Source of the DNA: Mesobacillus sp.
GTDB taxonomy: Bacteria > Bacillota > Bacilli > Bacillales > Cytobacillaceae
Assembly (NCBI RefSeq): GCF_049588175.1
Contig: NZ_JBAVFI010000111.1
Coordinates: 1 to 41,162, forward strand
Reading direction: 5' to 3'
Length of the DNA stretch: 41,162 nucleotides
The notes under the pieces are model-generated. The model saw only the letters and a list, made by a program, of their open reading frames with translations, was not told where the DNA came from and did not search any database. Shown here piece after piece: positions 39,579 through 41,162 of the stretch. Every line of letters starts with the position of its first letter. Position 1 is the stretch's first letter. A program made the position numbers and the translations under genes.

Positions 39579-40814
39579 TCATTCACATGGAAGCAGGATG
39601 GTGAAGGTTGTTCCCTTGCCCTCTTCACTATCAACTATAATTCTGCCTCTCATCCTGTGGATGATATCATAAGAAATCATCAGCCCCAGGCCTGTTCCTT
39701 TTTCCTTGGTAGAATAATAAGGGTTGCCGAGACGTTCAAGCTGGGCTTTGTTCATCCCCACGCCCTCATCTCGGAATTGGACTTTTACCTGGCCCTTGTC
39801 CAATTTTGCGATGATATAAATGCTTCCGCCTTCAGGCATAGCTTCGATTCCATTTTTTATGATATTAATAAATACCTGCCTGATTTCATGGGAATCCGCC
39901 CTGATCCAAAGTTCCTTTTCTATTCCTTCAACTAATTCCGTATTTGCCAGATGGGAGTAAGACCTCATGAAATCGATAATCTCCTTCAAAAGGCCGCTTA
40001 GATTCATTTTAGCGGTGCCGCCTGTGTTCGGTTTCGCCAGCGATAAAAAGTTATCGATGATTGTTTGGGTTCGATCGAGCTCCTGCAATGAAATGGAAAT
40101 AAAAAGATTCTGATCGTCACTTAAATTCCTTTCTCCCTGCAGCACCTGCATAAATCCTCTGATTGTCGTCATCGGGTTGCGGATTTCATGAGCAACCGAT
40201 GCCGCAAGCTGGCTAATGGCGGAAAATTTCTCGGCCTTGTGCAATTCATGCATCATCTTTAATTGGAAGTTCGTCATTTCGATTATGTAAATCGTTACAG
40301 ATAAAGCAATAAATGACACGATTGAAAACACCAGCAAATAGAGGTATTCCTGCTGATTGCCAGAGTGTATCAGAGCAGCCAGCCTAGTCGAAGTAATCAG
40401 TGAATAAACAAAGAGTCCCAGTGCAATCTTCTTTTTAACGGATGAATCCTGGTACATTTTTTCTATCGCGAAAAATAAGATAATAATAATGGCGTAGTTA
40501 ATCGCAGTGATGGTTAATCCCTCAAAATTCACAAAACCTTTTAATATCAGCATTACAGCAACAAGCAATATCCCATCTGTCCGGCTAAGATAGAAGAAGG
40601 CAACGAATACCGGAATCAATTTCAAATCAAATTCCATCCCGGCCTCGAATCGAACCGGGAAAGCCATCGTCAATAATAAAGCTGCCAAAATCGACATCTT
40701 GAAAAATTGCTTATGGTGAATAGCCCGCTTTTGCATCAACAAGAAATTGTACATAAAGCCAAGTGAAAGGATTATAGATAAATGAAGGATTAAATCTTTT
40801 AAAAACTCTACCAT
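39579..40814 (-). CDS. orphan membrane sensor histidine kinase, sporulation-kinase (KinB-like) type
   Basis: About 6 N-terminal TMs, AASVAHEIRNPMT H-box, N-box NIIKNGIEAM, GTGLGL; no adjacent response regulator in the window. Confidence 0.88.
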   Translation of the reverse strand: MVEFLKDLILHLSIILSLGFMYNFLLMQKRAIHHKQFFKMSILAALLLTMAFPVRFEAGMEFDLKLIPVFVAFFYLSRTDGILLVAVMLILKGFVNFEGLTITAINYAIIIILFFAIEKMYQDSSVKKKIALGLFVYSLITSTRLAALIHSGNQQEYLYLLVFSIVSFIALSVTIYIIEMTNFQLKMMHELHKAEKFSAISQLAASVAHEIRNPMTTIRGFMQVLQGERNLSDDQNLFISISLQELDRTQTIIDNFLSLAKPNTGGTAKMNLSGLLKEIIDFMRSYSHLANTELVEGIEKELWIRADSHEIRQVFINIIKNGIEAMPEGGSIYIIAKLDKGQVKVQFRDEGVGMNKAQLERLGNPYYSTKEKGTGLGLMISYDIIHRMRGRIIVDSEEGKGTTFTILLPCE

Positions 40815-40980
40815 TAATGATCCCCCGGGAACGACCAGAATGTAAATAAATAGAAACTATTGATTCACCTCTTATTATCCACTCCCCAGCGCATTTCTTC
40901 AACGGGAAAATTCAGATTTTTTAGATATTCTAATATAATTGTTCCTTATGAAAAGTTTTATACAGGGCCTTTAGAACTTA

Positions 40981-40989
40981 TGCTATAAT
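40981..40989 (+). promoter_or_regulatory. extended -10 SigA element
   Basis: TGCTATAAT; no good -35. Confidence 0.5.
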
Positions 40990-41015
40990 GAAATCAACCA
41001 TTACTTTACCGAGTA

Positions 41016-41046
41016 AAAACCCCACTCTAACCAAGTGGGTTTTTTT
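41016..41046 (+). terminator. intrinsic terminator
   Basis: CCCACT-7 nt-AGTGGG followed by T7. Confidence 0.72.
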
Positions 41047-41089
41047 GTTATACATACTTTTGTACATAAAAAGAGAAAATCCTTTCACA

Positions 41090-41156
41090 CATTAAAGCGC
41101 CGGGGGTCAGACCCCCGGCACGGCCACGCGTTAAATCACTGGGGGTCTGTCCCTCA
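41090..41156. repeat. REP-like palindromic element, copy 3 (inverted) plus a degenerate second core
   Basis: CATTAAAGC.C.GGGGGTCAGACCCCCG...CGCGTTAA matches the reverse complement of copy 1; then CACTGGGGGTCTGTCCCTCAGT. Confidence 0.8.
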
Positions 41157-41162
41157 GTACGG

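Noticed and set aside
1294..39935. Many 60-170-aa antisense ORFs inside long genes
   Set aside because: Opposite-strand shadows of well-supported CDSs, without RBS or motifs

Overview
Core-chromosome segment of an endospore-forming Bacillaceae species (Mesobacillus/Cytobacillus-like by gene style; this is inference), mostly on the minus strand and largely syntenic with the B. subtilis ddl-to-tRNA-cluster region. From the left: a tRNA cluster (Asp partial, Glu, Ser, Asn) with a consensus SigA promoter, ydcK (SprT-like), the 37-aa cmpA gene missed by the ORF track, tex, a complete stressosome/SigB operon (rsbRSTU-VW-sigB-rsbX), the ndoAI-ndoA (MazEF) toxin-antitoxin pair, alr, ydcC, acpS, a rhomboid protease, ydbST, uvsE, cshA, an esterase, murF, ddl, USP and SulP, a VOC protein, a cobalamin riboswitch-controlled btuFCD(-CbiZ) importer, a conserved hypothetical, rodA-GNAT, TauE/SafE, DedA/YqaA, a multi-TM_helix protein, a 5-deoxyribose (DHAP-shunt) kinase-aldolase pair without its isomerase, and an orphan sporulation-type kinase. 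No prophage, transposase, CRISPR or defence island is visible, and I cannot support a clearly new multi-gene system. The unexplained signal is mostly non-coding: two 20-21-bp phased ATTCCG arrays, a 104-bp (2x52) tandem repeat, a dispersed GGGGGTCWGACCCCC palindrome family, two copies of a MITE-like repeat (one inside the B12 riboswitch leader), a SigB-type promoter ahead of rsbR, and several candidate leader RNAs or sRNAs.
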